The notes below the pieces were generated by a model. It had not been told where the DNA came from. It did not search any database and saw only the letters and a list, made by a program, of their open reading frames with translations. Below are positions 9,761 through 19,116 of a DNA stretch of 64,000 nucleotides, piece after piece. Source of the DNA: a virus; IMG/VR virus record IMGVR_UViG_3300032268_000694, positions 32,001-96,000 of that record; one strand, written 5' to 3'. Within the stretch, counting starts at the first letter, position 1; every line of letters begins with the position of its first letter. A program made the translations under genes and the position numbers.

Positions 9761-11344
9761 ATGAGTCAAGCGAACATTAAGGAAATAATTAAACAGGAAT
9801 ACATCAAATGTGCTACTGATCCCGTTCACTTCTTTAGGAAATATTGTTACATTACACATCCAATTAAAGGTAGAGTTTTGTTTCATCTATATCCATTCCA
9901 AGAAGATGTATTGAATGATTTTAGAAGTAACAGGTTTTGTATTATCAATAAATCAAGACAGTTAGGTATATCAACATTATCAGCTGGTTTTGCTTTATGG
10001 ACAATGATATTTAATAAAGATAAAACTATATTGTGTATTGCGACGAAGCAAGAAACAGCTAAAGGAATGGTGGATAAGGTACAATTTATGTATAATAACT
10101 TACCTTCTTGGCTAAGAGGTAATCAAAAACCACTATCCGATAACAAATTATCATTAAAATTAGCCAATAACTCTCAGATTGTTGCTACATCAGCCGCATC
10201 AGATGCAGGTAGATCTTACGCCGTTTCGTTACTACTTATAGATGAGGCCGCGTTCATTGAAGGAATTGATAAAATCTATACGAGTATTAAACCTACTATT
10301 GCAACTGGTGGAGGAATTATTGCATTATCATCTCCTAATGGTGTTGGTAACTGGTTTCACAAAATGTACACTGAAGCCGAGATTAATAAAAATGATTTTA
10401 AAGCAATTAAATTAAAATGGGATCTACATCCTGATAGAACTGGTGATTGGGAAGCAACAGAGCGAACAAATATGTCTCCAAGAGAGTTTGCTCAAGAATA
10501 TGACTGTGACTTTCTAGGATCTGGCAATTCAGTTATTGAACCCGATCTATTATCTTTTTATGAAGAAACTTTTATTACAGAGCCTGTTGAACGTCGTTTT
10601 ATGGGTGGTGATTTTTGGATCTGGACTTACCCTGATTATTCTAAGCAGTATTTGGTATGCGCCGACGTTGCTCGGGGAGACGGTTCGGATTATTCAGCGT
10701 TCCATGTCATCGATGCGACAACGTGTGAGCAAGTGGCTGAATATAAATCACAAGTTGATACTCGTACTTTTGGTAATATGCTTGTGTCTGTTGCTACTGA
10801 GTATAATAATGCTTTACTTGTGGTTGAGAATGCTAATATTGGCTGGGATGTCGTTAATACGATAATTGAAAAAGGATATCCTAAATTATATTATTCACCT
10901 AGAGCTTATGGTGAAATGCATATGGATAAATGGCTAGATAAAATGGATAAGGAACAAACCGTTCCTGGATTCACTACATCAGCTAAAACAAGACCACTTG
11001 TTATCTCAAAGATGGAGTCGTATATTCGGGAGAAAGTATTTACCTTTCACTCAAAACGTCTATTAGAAGAATTACGTGTGTTTATTTGGCAACATGGAAA
11101 AGCACAAGCACAAAATGGATATAATGATGACTTGGTAATGGCGTTAGGAATGGGATTATTTACTCGTGATACTGCAATGAAATTCTACGAACAAGGAGTA
11201 GATTTGAATAGAGCAATGGTCTCAAATATCACTAGAACAGGATATGGCTATACAGGCCCTTCAATGCCTGGTGGTCAACAAAATCCATTTATGGTTGATA
11301 ACGGTCACGGACAGTTCGAAGATATAACATGGGTGTTAGGTTAA
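9761..11344 (+). CDS. Terminase large subunit (T4 gp17-like)
   Basis: KSRQLGIST Walker A, LLLIDEAAF Walker B, SSPNG, ADVARG and NDDLVMA RNase H-like nuclease residues; start moved to 9761. Confidence 0.95.
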   Translation: MSQANIKEIIKQEYIKCATDPVHFFRKYCYITHPIKGRVLFHLYPFQEDVLNDFRSNRFCIINKSRQLGISTLSAGFALWTMIFNKDKTILCIATKQETAKGMVDKVQFMYNNLPSWLRGNQKPLSDNKLSLKLANNSQIVATSAASDAGRSYAVSLLLIDEAAFIEGIDKIYTSIKPTIATGGGIIALSSPNGVGNWFHKMYTEAEINKNDFKAIKLKWDLHPDRTGDWEATERTNMSPREFAQEYDCDFLGSGNSVIEPDLLSFYEETFITEPVERRFMGGDFWIWTYPDYSKQYLVCADVARGDGSDYSAFHVIDATTCEQVAEYKSQVDTRTFGNMLVSVATEYNNALLVVENANIGWDVVNTIIEKGYPKLYYSPRAYGEMHMDKWLDKMDKEQTVPGFTTSAKTRPLVISKMESYIREKVFTFHSKRLLEELRVFIWQHGKAQAQNGYNDDLVMALGMGLFTRDTAMKFYEQGVDLNRAMVSNITRTGYGYTGPSMPGGQQNPFMVDNGHGQFEDITWVLG

Positions 11345-11375
11345 TAAATATTTATTGATACAATAAAACAAAATA

Positions 11376-13253
11376 ATGGCAGAACAACAACCAGGTTTGT
11401 TTGGTAGGCTTACACGTTTATTTAGTACAGATGTTATCATCAGAAATGTTGGTGGTAATCAATTAAAAACTATAGACGTTGATAGAATCCAAGCCTACGG
11501 TAACGTAAAGACAAACGCATTAATAGATAGATTTACTAAGTTGCACAGATACGGAGCTAATATGCCGTACAACCCAACAATGAACTATCAAACATTGCGT
11601 ATTCAGTTATATACTGACTACGAAGCAATGGATACAGAATCAATTATCGCTTCAGCATTAGATATCATTGCTGATGAATCTACATTAAAGAATGAAGCTG
11701 GAGAAGTAATACAAATCAGAAGCGCTGACGAAAACGTTCAACGTATTCTTTATAATTTATTCTATGACGTATTAAACATTGAGTTTAATTTATGGTTGTG
11801 GGTTAGAAATATGTGTAAATATGGTGATTTTTATTTACATATGGAAGTAGCTGAAAAATTTGGTATTTACAATGTAACACCACTTTCAGTTTACGATATG
11901 GTTCGTGAAGAAGGACAAGATCCTGAAAACCCATCTTACGTATGCTTCAGGATCGACCCAACGGTAATAGCTGCTGGTGGTATGAGTAGCCGTGTTAAAG
12001 ACAGAGATGGTAAGATCAAATTTGAAAACTATGAAATAGCGCATTTTAGGCTATTAACTGACGCTAACTACTTACCTTATGGACGCTCGTTTATTGAACC
12101 TGCTCGTAAAACTTACAAACAGTATGTGCTGATGAAGGATGCAATGTTATTGCACCGCATCACACGCGCCCCGGAAAAACGCGTATTCACTGTAAACGTT
12201 GGTAATATTCCTCCTGCTGAAGTAGATAACTACATGCAGAAGATTATGCAAAAGATGAAAAAAACACCTATGTTTGATCATCAAACAGGCGATTACAACT
12301 TAAGATATAATTTACAAAACATGATGGAAGATTTTTATCTTCCGACTCGTGGTAATGATACAGCAACTAAGATTGACACAATCAAAGGTTTGGAATATAA
12401 CGCAATTGATGATGTGAATTTCTTACGTGATGAAATGTTAGCAGCGCTTAAGGTACCTAAAGCATTCTTCGGATTTGAAAAAGATCTAACAGGTAAAGCT
12501 ACATTAGCTGCTGAAGATATTCGCTTCGCTCGTACAGTTGAACGTATTCAACGTATTATATTATCTGAATTGTATAAAATGGCATTAGTGCATTTATACG
12601 TTCAAGGATATGATGGTGAAACATTATCAAACTTTGAATTATCATTAACCACTCCATCAGTAATCTACGAACAAGAAAAAGTAGCATTGTGGAAGGAAAA
12701 AGTTGAATTAGCTAAATCAATCCAAGATACAAACCTACTACCTTCAGACTGGATTTATGATTACATATTCCAATTCAGCGAAGATCAATACGATGAAATG
12801 CGCGATTTAGTAATTGAAGATAAAAAACGTGCCTTTAGATTAGCTCAAGTAGAGAACGAAGGTAATGATCCAGCTAAAACTGGTAAGTCATTTGGTACAC
12901 CACACGATTTAGCATCAATGTATGGTAAAGGTAGATCAGGAATGAATGTAGATGGAGCAATACCTCCAGGCTATGATGAGAAACGCCCAGTTGGTCGTCC
13001 TAAAGAAAAAGCATCTATGATCAATACACAAAACGATCCATTAGGTAAAGATAGATTAGGAGCTGGTGAAAACGGTACACTATATACCGCAAATATACCT
13101 GATGAAGGAAGCGGTACTCCTAAAGCAATGTTTGAACTTAAAAAATACAAAGGATTATTTGAGGGATTAAACATAGCTCGCAAGGAACTTGCAATGGGAC
13201 CTGATCAGGAACCATCGTTATTAGACGAGAAAAATATCAAGGACATACAATAA
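11376..13253 (+). CDS. Portal protein (T4 gp20-like)
   Basis: YGRSFIE, RAPEKRVF, NMMEDFYLP, ALKVPK motifs; follows terminase. Confidence 0.95.
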   Translation: MAEQQPGLFGRLTRLFSTDVIIRNVGGNQLKTIDVDRIQAYGNVKTNALIDRFTKLHRYGANMPYNPTMNYQTLRIQLYTDYEAMDTESIIASALDIIADESTLKNEAGEVIQIRSADENVQRILYNLFYDVLNIEFNLWLWVRNMCKYGDFYLHMEVAEKFGIYNVTPLSVYDMVREEGQDPENPSYVCFRIDPTVIAAGGMSSRVKDRDGKIKFENYEIAHFRLLTDANYLPYGRSFIEPARKTYKQYVLMKDAMLLHRITRAPEKRVFTVNVGNIPPAEVDNYMQKIMQKMKKTPMFDHQTGDYNLRYNLQNMMEDFYLPTRGNDTATKIDTIKGLEYNAIDDVNFLRDEMLAALKVPKAFFGFEKDLTGKATLAAEDIRFARTVERIQRIILSELYKMALVHLYVQGYDGETLSNFELSLTTPSVIYEQEKVALWKEKVELAKSIQDTNLLPSDWIYDYIFQFSEDQYDEMRDLVIEDKKRAFRLAQVENEGNDPAKTGKSFGTPHDLASMYGKGRSGMNVDGAIPPGYDEKRPVGRPKEKASMINTQNDPLGKDRLGAGENGTLYTANIPDEGSGTPKAMFELKKYKGLFEGLNIARKELAMGPDQEPSLLDEKNIKDIQ

Positions 13254-13286
13254 TCACATATTTATAGGTAGTGCACACTATTCATT

Positions 13287-14141
13287 ATGAAAATAAAACA
13301 CAGCAAATTTAAGAATACAGGAATATTGTTCGAGCTATTGGTACGCCAAATTGCATCGGATACTGTATCTAATAAAGATTCAGCTGCTATCGGATTAGTT
13401 AGAAAATATTTTAATAAATCAGAGTTAGCTAAAGAATATAAATTGTATCAAGCGTTAATTACGCCGAAAAATTTAAGTGAAGCTAAAGCCGAGACGTTTA
13501 TTAACTCGACACTTGAGGCTTCTTCTCGTTTAAATAAAACGAATTTACGTAAAGAAAAATATAATATCATTAAAGAAATTCGTGAATCTTATGATTTAGA
13601 AGAATTCTTTAAAGCAAAAATTAGCCATTACAAGCAATATGCAGCAGCATTTAATTTAATTGAATCACATAACTCCCCAGAATTTACTGCCCCACAGCAA
13701 ATTATCGATAATAAAATTACATTACTTGAACATATTACTCGTAAAGAGATTGATAAAGAAAGTGTTAAAGATCGTGTAATGGAAGAATATGGTAATATGG
13801 ATAAAGGTACTCGTATACTTGCTTATCGCATGTTGTTAGAGAAATTTAATAGTAAATATTCTACCTTGTCTGACACTCAGAAAAATGTATTGAAAGAATT
13901 TATCAATAACATCACTAATACAACTAAATTACGTGATTTTGTTAATAAAAATTTTATAGCTATTGCTGAAGAAATTAATCAAATTATCCCTACTGTAACA
14001 GATAAAACAACACAAATTAAATTATCTGAAGTAGTTACATTATTAGCGCCTTTAGATAAGACTCAAAACGTAAAAGACGAAAATATTATTTCGTTATTAC
14101 AATATCATCAATTAATTGAAGAATTAAAAACAGTAAAATAA
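13287..14141 (+). CDS. Conserved helical protein after the portal (probable prohead core component)
   Basis: KHSKFKNTGILFELL start; position in the head module. Confidence 0.55.
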   Translation: MKIKHSKFKNTGILFELLVRQIASDTVSNKDSAAIGLVRKYFNKSELAKEYKLYQALITPKNLSEAKAETFINSTLEASSRLNKTNLRKEKYNIIKEIRESYDLEEFFKAKISHYKQYAAAFNLIESHNSPEFTAPQQIIDNKITLLEHITRKEIDKESVKDRVMEEYGNMDKGTRILAYRMLLEKFNSKYSTLSDTQKNVLKEFINNITNTTKLRDFVNKNFIAIAEEINQIIPTVTDKTTQIKLSEVVTLLAPLDKTQNVKDENIISLLQYHQLIEELKTVK

Positions 14142-14671
14142 TGAATAGATTACAAGAACTAGCTGGTATCATCAATGAATCACAGCTAAATGAAGGTATA
14201 GTAGATCTATCTGATGCACAGGTAGACTTATTGATGGACAAAACTAAATTTGCTACTAAACCAGGAAGTTCTCCAGGAGTTTTTACAGTATATGATTTGT
14301 CGCGTCCAAAAGGTGCTGCATCATTCGGAGACGATATGGCTTCACAAAAAGTAGGATTTTTATGGACCCCAGAAAGTAAGTATAAAGCTTATAAGTTTGA
14401 ATCAGATGATGAAAATGCTGTAAAAAAAGTAATGGCAATAAAAGAAATTGCACCTACAGCCCCAAATACAGCCCCTAAACAAACAGCTGATGTTACTAGT
14501 TTAACAAAAATGATTCAATCTAATACTTCTTTAATGAATAAATTAAAGACAGTTAATAGTGGTCAAGAAGTAACAGAAACTATTGCTTTTATACTTAATA
14601 GTATTAATCCTAAAGCATCGGGTGTTAATAAAAGTAAACTTAAATCTATTATAGATCAGAGATTTCAATAA
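14141..14671 (+). CDS. Putative internal head protein
   Basis: MNRLQELAGIINESQLNE leader. Confidence 0.5.
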   Translation: MNRLQELAGIINESQLNEGIVDLSDAQVDLLMDKTKFATKPGSSPGVFTVYDLSRPKGAASFGDDMASQKVGFLWTPESKYKAYKFESDDENAVKKVMAIKEIAPTAPNTAPKQTADVTSLTKMIQSNTSLMNKLKTVNSGQEVTETIAFILNSINPKASGVNKSKLKSIIDQRFQ

Positions 14672-15807
14672 TGGACGCGAGCATAGAAAATAAACTTTTA
14701 CAAGAACAACTATTACAAGAAGCATTCTTGGATAGTGTGAAAGCATATGCTCAGGAAAAATATAATAAAATAGTTAGTACTATTAGTGATTGGAAAGATG
14801 CAGCTGCTATTATAGGAAATGTAATATCCAATCCAACAGTATTACAACGTTTTTCAGATGACGTTTGGTATAATTTCAAACGAGATACTTTAAAACGTTT
14901 AATAGCTCTTTTAAATAAATTAGGATTAAGCAATTTAGTTGCCTCTATTAATGGAGTAGTAACTAAAATTACTAGTCTTACAGGTTGGCAAAAATTTTTA
15001 GCAGCTACTGGAATTGGAGCTATTGCAGAATATGTAGTAGATAAAATGGCAGGACTTGCCCCAGATGCTATTAAAAACTTTATAGCTTCATATCTATCTG
15101 AAAATGGTTTAAAAACTATTATTTCTAAATTAACAGATTTTAAATCTTATTTAGGATGGTTACAACCAATCATTAAAGGAGTTGATATGTTGTATCAAGT
15201 AATGAAATCAAGTATTGCTAAATTTGGAACAGGTATTTTTACAAATAAAATAGATTTAGTAAAAAAAGAAAATAAAGAAATGGAATTAACAGAATACATC
15301 AAATCACTAGTACAACAAGAATTAGATGAAATGTCTGTTTCTGGTGATGCTGGTGGTTATTTATCTCCAAATGCATTTGCTAAAAAAGGACAAAAAACAA
15401 ATGCTGCAACAGCACAAGCGATAAGATCCGGTTGGACAAAAGCTTCTGGTATGCCTAAAAAATCTAAAGTATTTGATTATAAAGAATTGTGGAAAGGTAA
15501 AAAATCAGCTATGAATGAAACATTATTGAATATAATCGAACAAGAACTACTTAACGAAGTAACATACGGCAAATTTAAAAAAGACGTAAAACACAGAACT
15601 AAATCTGAGCAATTACATAAAGCTATTCGTGAAGTAAAACGCAAATTACAAGAAATTGATCGTATTGTTGAATATACGTCTCGTATGAAGCAAGAATTAA
15701 GTGAGGATGGTGGTATTAATTATTGGAAAGCAACTCAAAAGAATGTTGCTACTATTTCAGAAATGATAAATCAATTAAACAATAAAATAAAAAATCTGAA
15801 TCAATAA
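14671..15807 (+). CDS. Multi-module putative head protein (possible internal start at 15280)
   Basis: LLQE, ELDE and LLNE sites separate the modules; internal MELTEYIKSLVQQELDE leader. Confidence 0.5.
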   Translation: MDASIENKLLQEQLLQEAFLDSVKAYAQEKYNKIVSTISDWKDAAAIIGNVISNPTVLQRFSDDVWYNFKRDTLKRLIALLNKLGLSNLVASINGVVTKITSLTGWQKFLAATGIGAIAEYVVDKMAGLAPDAIKNFIASYLSENGLKTIISKLTDFKSYLGWLQPIIKGVDMLYQVMKSSIAKFGTGIFTNKIDLVKKENKEMELTEYIKSLVQQELDEMSVSGDAGGYLSPNAFAKKGQKTNAATAQAIRSGWTKASGMPKKSKVFDYKELWKGKKSAMNETLLNIIEQELLNEVTYGKFKKDVKHRTKSEQLHKAIREVKRKLQEIDRIVEYTSRMKQELSEDGGINYWKATQKNVATISEMINQLNNKIKNLNQ

Positions 15808-15929
15808 TGGCAAAAGTAGTAGGCAATAGCAATAAGTTATTATTTGGCAAACGCAAAAACGGATCAGCAAAAAAATCATATAACAAACATACACCACGTC
15901 CAAAAGCATATAAAGGTCAAGGTAGATAA
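15807..15929 (+). CDS. Small basic 40-aa protein ending KAYKGQGR (not in ORF track)
   Basis: MAKVVGNSNKLLFGKRKNGSAKKSYNKHTPRPKAYKGQGR; TAATG coupling with the upstream stop. Confidence 0.7.
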   Translation: MAKVVGNSNKLLFGKRKNGSAKKSYNKHTPRPKAYKGQGR

Positions 15930-15941
15930 AATATAATATAA

Positions 15942-17300
15942 ATGAAAAGTATAGCAAATCAATATCGTGATTTAAAAGAAGGTAGAATGTCACAACAAAA
16001 TTTCATGAGAAATTTACGCATGACTATGCCTCAATATGTAACTAACGTAACATCATTTGGTGATGCGGTTAGAATTCTTAAAAATAAAAGTATTATTGTT
16101 GAATCTAATGCTGGTAATGACCAATGGCTAGATGCATTCCAGGATGCATTAGGTTTTAAAACATATATGTCTCCAAGTTACCTTATAAGTCAATATGGTG
16201 ATATGAAACCAGAAGATGCTGCTAGAAAGTTTATGGATGATTCTACAGAATCAGCAATGACTAAAGATAAAGAAAAATTTGCAAAAGAAACAGGATCAGA
16301 AGATGAATTTAATACTTTATTAAAGCAAATTGAAGATGAACCATCAAATGATGATTACGAACCAGATACTGATGCTGATTACGAAGAACCAAGAGATGAT
16401 TTCGATATGGCTGGTGGTTATAACGACGGTGAATTTTGGGAAGGTAAAGGTGAAGGTGATGAAAAGGAAATTGATGCAATGATCAAGAAAATGGAAGATG
16501 AAAAAGCTGGTGAAGAAGAAGTTAAATCTCAATACGATTTAGGCGAAGAATTAAATGAAGCTAAAAAGAAAGAAGAAAAAGTTGAATATAGCAAACAACA
16601 AGCTAACCCAACTGAATTAAGACTAGGCATCAGAACAGAATTAGAGTGCGATAGTGATATGGAATTAGATAAAGCTAAAGAAATTGCTTATAAAAATATT
16701 GCTAAAGATCCTATCTACTATACTAAACTAAAATTATCAGGTGTTGAAGCTCATCCTAAGAAAGTAAAAGGTGAGAAAGAAGTTCCTGCTAAAAAAGCTA
16801 AAAAAGAATCTGCTCAATTAGTAGATTTAGTAAATGGCATGCAGAAGGTTAAAATGCCTAAAAAGGACGAAAAAAAAAAGCTTAAAGAAGGCGTAGACGA
16901 AGCAATGCCATTTGCTGACTTACCTGCTGATCCTGGAAAATATAAAATAGTAAAGGATAGCAAAGGTTACATCATTAAAGCAACAAACGCTGATGGAATT
17001 GAATTTCAAAAAGGTGATGTTGTTAAAACATATGATGGTGAAGAAATTAAAATAGCAAAGTTCGAAGAAAGTCAAGGTAAAGTTAAAGCAATATACAGTA
17101 CAGGAATGTTCTTTAGAGGAATTGATATTGATGGTTTAGAAGCACCAAAACCAACAATGAGACCAGGTGTTGATATGGGCGCTTCATTTGAAAAAATGAA
17201 AAAATCAATGCAAGAAATTGTTCGTGAAACAATAAGTGAATATTTTGATGGACGTGATAATTTAATTAACCCACTTTCAGCAGAAGACGAAAACAACTAA
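15942..17300 (+). CDS. Multi-module acidic putative head protein
   Basis: Repeated LKE/LNE/VDE sites; ELRLGIRTE...DPIYYTKL module. Confidence 0.5.
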   Translation: MKSIANQYRDLKEGRMSQQNFMRNLRMTMPQYVTNVTSFGDAVRILKNKSIIVESNAGNDQWLDAFQDALGFKTYMSPSYLISQYGDMKPEDAARKFMDDSTESAMTKDKEKFAKETGSEDEFNTLLKQIEDEPSNDDYEPDTDADYEEPRDDFDMAGGYNDGEFWEGKGEGDEKEIDAMIKKMEDEKAGEEEVKSQYDLGEELNEAKKKEEKVEYSKQQANPTELRLGIRTELECDSDMELDKAKEIAYKNIAKDPIYYTKLKLSGVEAHPKKVKGEKEVPAKKAKKESAQLVDLVNGMQKVKMPKKDEKKKLKEGVDEAMPFADLPADPGKYKIVKDSKGYIIKATNADGIEFQKGDVVKTYDGEEIKIAKFEESQGKVKAIYSTGMFFRGIDIDGLEAPKPTMRPGVDMGASFEKMKKSMQEIVRETISEYFDGRDNLINPLSAEDENN

Positions 17301-17301
17301 T

Positions 17302-17910
17302 ATGAAAACATTATTAATAGACCATACACCATTTCACATAGCTAAACTAACACTGTCAGAAGGTAAAAATGTACCTGGTGGAAGAATGCGTGTTAAAGGT
17401 AAATTACAAGAATCTGAAGTTAAAAATGGTAATGGTCGTGTTTATCCTAAAGAAGTATTGCAACGTGAAGTTGAAAAATACATGGAAGGACCAATCAAAA
17501 CCAACACTGCATTAGGTGAATTAGACCACCCAGAATCTACAATCGTTAACTTAAATAACGTATCACACAACATTAAAAAAGTTTGGTGGGATGGTAATGA
17601 TTTAATGGGTGAATTAGAATTATTAAATACACCAGCAGGTAAAATTGCACAAGAAATTATATCAGCAGGTATTCCATTGGGTATTTCATCTCGTGGTATG
17701 GGTTCAGTACGCCAAATAGGTGAAACTGTTGAAGTACAAGACGATTTTGAATTATTATGTTGGGATTTAGTATCAGTACCATCAACTCCAGGCGCTTATA
17801 TGTCATTAGCTGAAAATAAAAAAGCACAAGCTGGTAAAGACTATAGTAAAGTAAATGGTTTAATTACAGAAATTATTTGCAACGTAACAGGAGTTTGTCC
17901 TCTCTGTTAG
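17302..17910 (+). CDS. Prohead core protease (T4 gp21-like)
   Basis: NGNGRVYP, GELDHP, GISSRGMGS, WDLVSVPS. Confidence 0.95.
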   Translation: MKTLLIDHTPFHIAKLTLSEGKNVPGGRMRVKGKLQESEVKNGNGRVYPKEVLQREVEKYMEGPIKTNTALGELDHPESTIVNLNNVSHNIKKVWWDGNDLMGELELLNTPAGKIAQEIISAGIPLGISSRGMGSVRQIGETVEVQDDFELLCWDLVSVPSTPGAYMSLAENKKAQAGKDYSKVNGLITEIICNVTGVCPLC

Positions 17911-18056
17911 CAGATCGCGGCTTTTAATATCTACATATATTTATGGGTAACCTAGAATGGGTTGCCCATCTTTTTGCAACTCGGGTATTACTAAACCCCA
18001 CATTAAGATTTCTAATAATCTTATTTCCGTAATCAAATTTAAGGAGAACAAACAAA

Positions 18057-19082
18057 ATGAGTAACAAAGACTTATTCAAAGAAGCTATCGCCGACGCTAA
18101 AGCCGTTCGCGAAGCAGCGTTAGCAAACGCAAAAGTCGCTCTTGAAGAAGCTTTAGCTCCAAAACTTCAATCTATGTTAGCTGCAAAGTTACAAGAAATG
18201 GACAATGAAGAATTGGACGAAGTGAAAGAAGAAGACGACAAAATGGAAGAAACACTTTCTATTTCTGAAAACGACGAAGAATTAGAAGAAGATTTCGACC
18301 TATCTGAAATCTTAGCTGAATTAAGTGATGAAAAAGAACTTGACGAAGCAAAAGAAGAAGATGAAATTAACGAAACTGAAGATGAAGAAGAAACTGAAGA
18401 CGAAGAGTCTGAAGAAGAAGAAGAATCTGAAGGCGACAAAATCACTGACTTAACTGTTGATGAACTAAAAGACATTATCAAAGACATCATCTCTGCTGAA
18501 TTAGAAGCTGAAGAGTTAGAAACTCCAGAAGACGAAGCAGGTGAAGAAGCTGGCGAAGAAATGGCAATGAACATGGGCGGTGAAGAAGGTGATGAAGAAG
18601 AAATCGCTATCGACGAAGAAATCGATTTAGAAGAATTATTAGCTGAATTAGACGGTTTAGACGAAGTAGACGACGACTCAAATGAGATGTACGAAGCTAA
18701 GAAAAAAGACGCTAAGAAAGAAGAAGACAAAGAAGACATGAAAGAAGCTATTGATACAATCAATACTTTACGTAACGAGTTAAACGAAGTTAATTTGTTA
18801 AACGCTAAGTTACTTTATGTTAACAAAGTATTTAAAGCTAAAAACTTAACTGAATCACAAAAATTAAAAGTAATTGCTCAATTCGATAAAGCAACTACTG
18901 CAAAAGAAGCAAAAACTATTTTTGAATCAATGAATGATGCGATTGCAAAATCTGCAAAGAAAAGCACAATCAAAGAATCATTAGGATTCGCTTCAAAAGC
19001 TGCTGGTAATGCACCTCAAAAACAAATCGTACAAGTTGACGAAACTGTTTCTAGATGGCAAATGTTAGCAGGTATTAAATAA
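18057..19082 (+). CDS. Prohead scaffold/core protein (T4 gp22-like)
   Basis: Very acidic coiled coil between protease and capsid genes; many LxE sites; AAGGAG upstream. Confidence 0.85.
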   Translation: MSNKDLFKEAIADAKAVREAALANAKVALEEALAPKLQSMLAAKLQEMDNEELDEVKEEDDKMEETLSISENDEELEEDFDLSEILAELSDEKELDEAKEEDEINETEDEEETEDEESEEEEESEGDKITDLTVDELKDIIKDIISAELEAEELETPEDEAGEEAGEEMAMNMGGEEGDEEEIAIDEEIDLEELLAELDGLDEVDDDSNEMYEAKKKDAKKEEDKEDMKEAIDTINTLRNELNEVNLLNAKLLYVNKVFKAKNLTESQKLKVIAQFDKATTAKEAKTIFESMNDAIAKSAKKSTIKESLGFASKAAGNAPQKQIVQVDETVSRWQMLAGIK

Positions 19083-19116
19083 ACAAATATTTTTTAAAAA
19101 TTTAATTCATTTAAAA

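Noticed and set aside
18167-18763. 198-aa Ser-rich minus-strand ORF, and the other short antisense or alternate-frame ORFs in the track
   Set aside because: Shadows of the GAA/GAC-rich scaffold and other + strand genes; no motifs and no promoter motif
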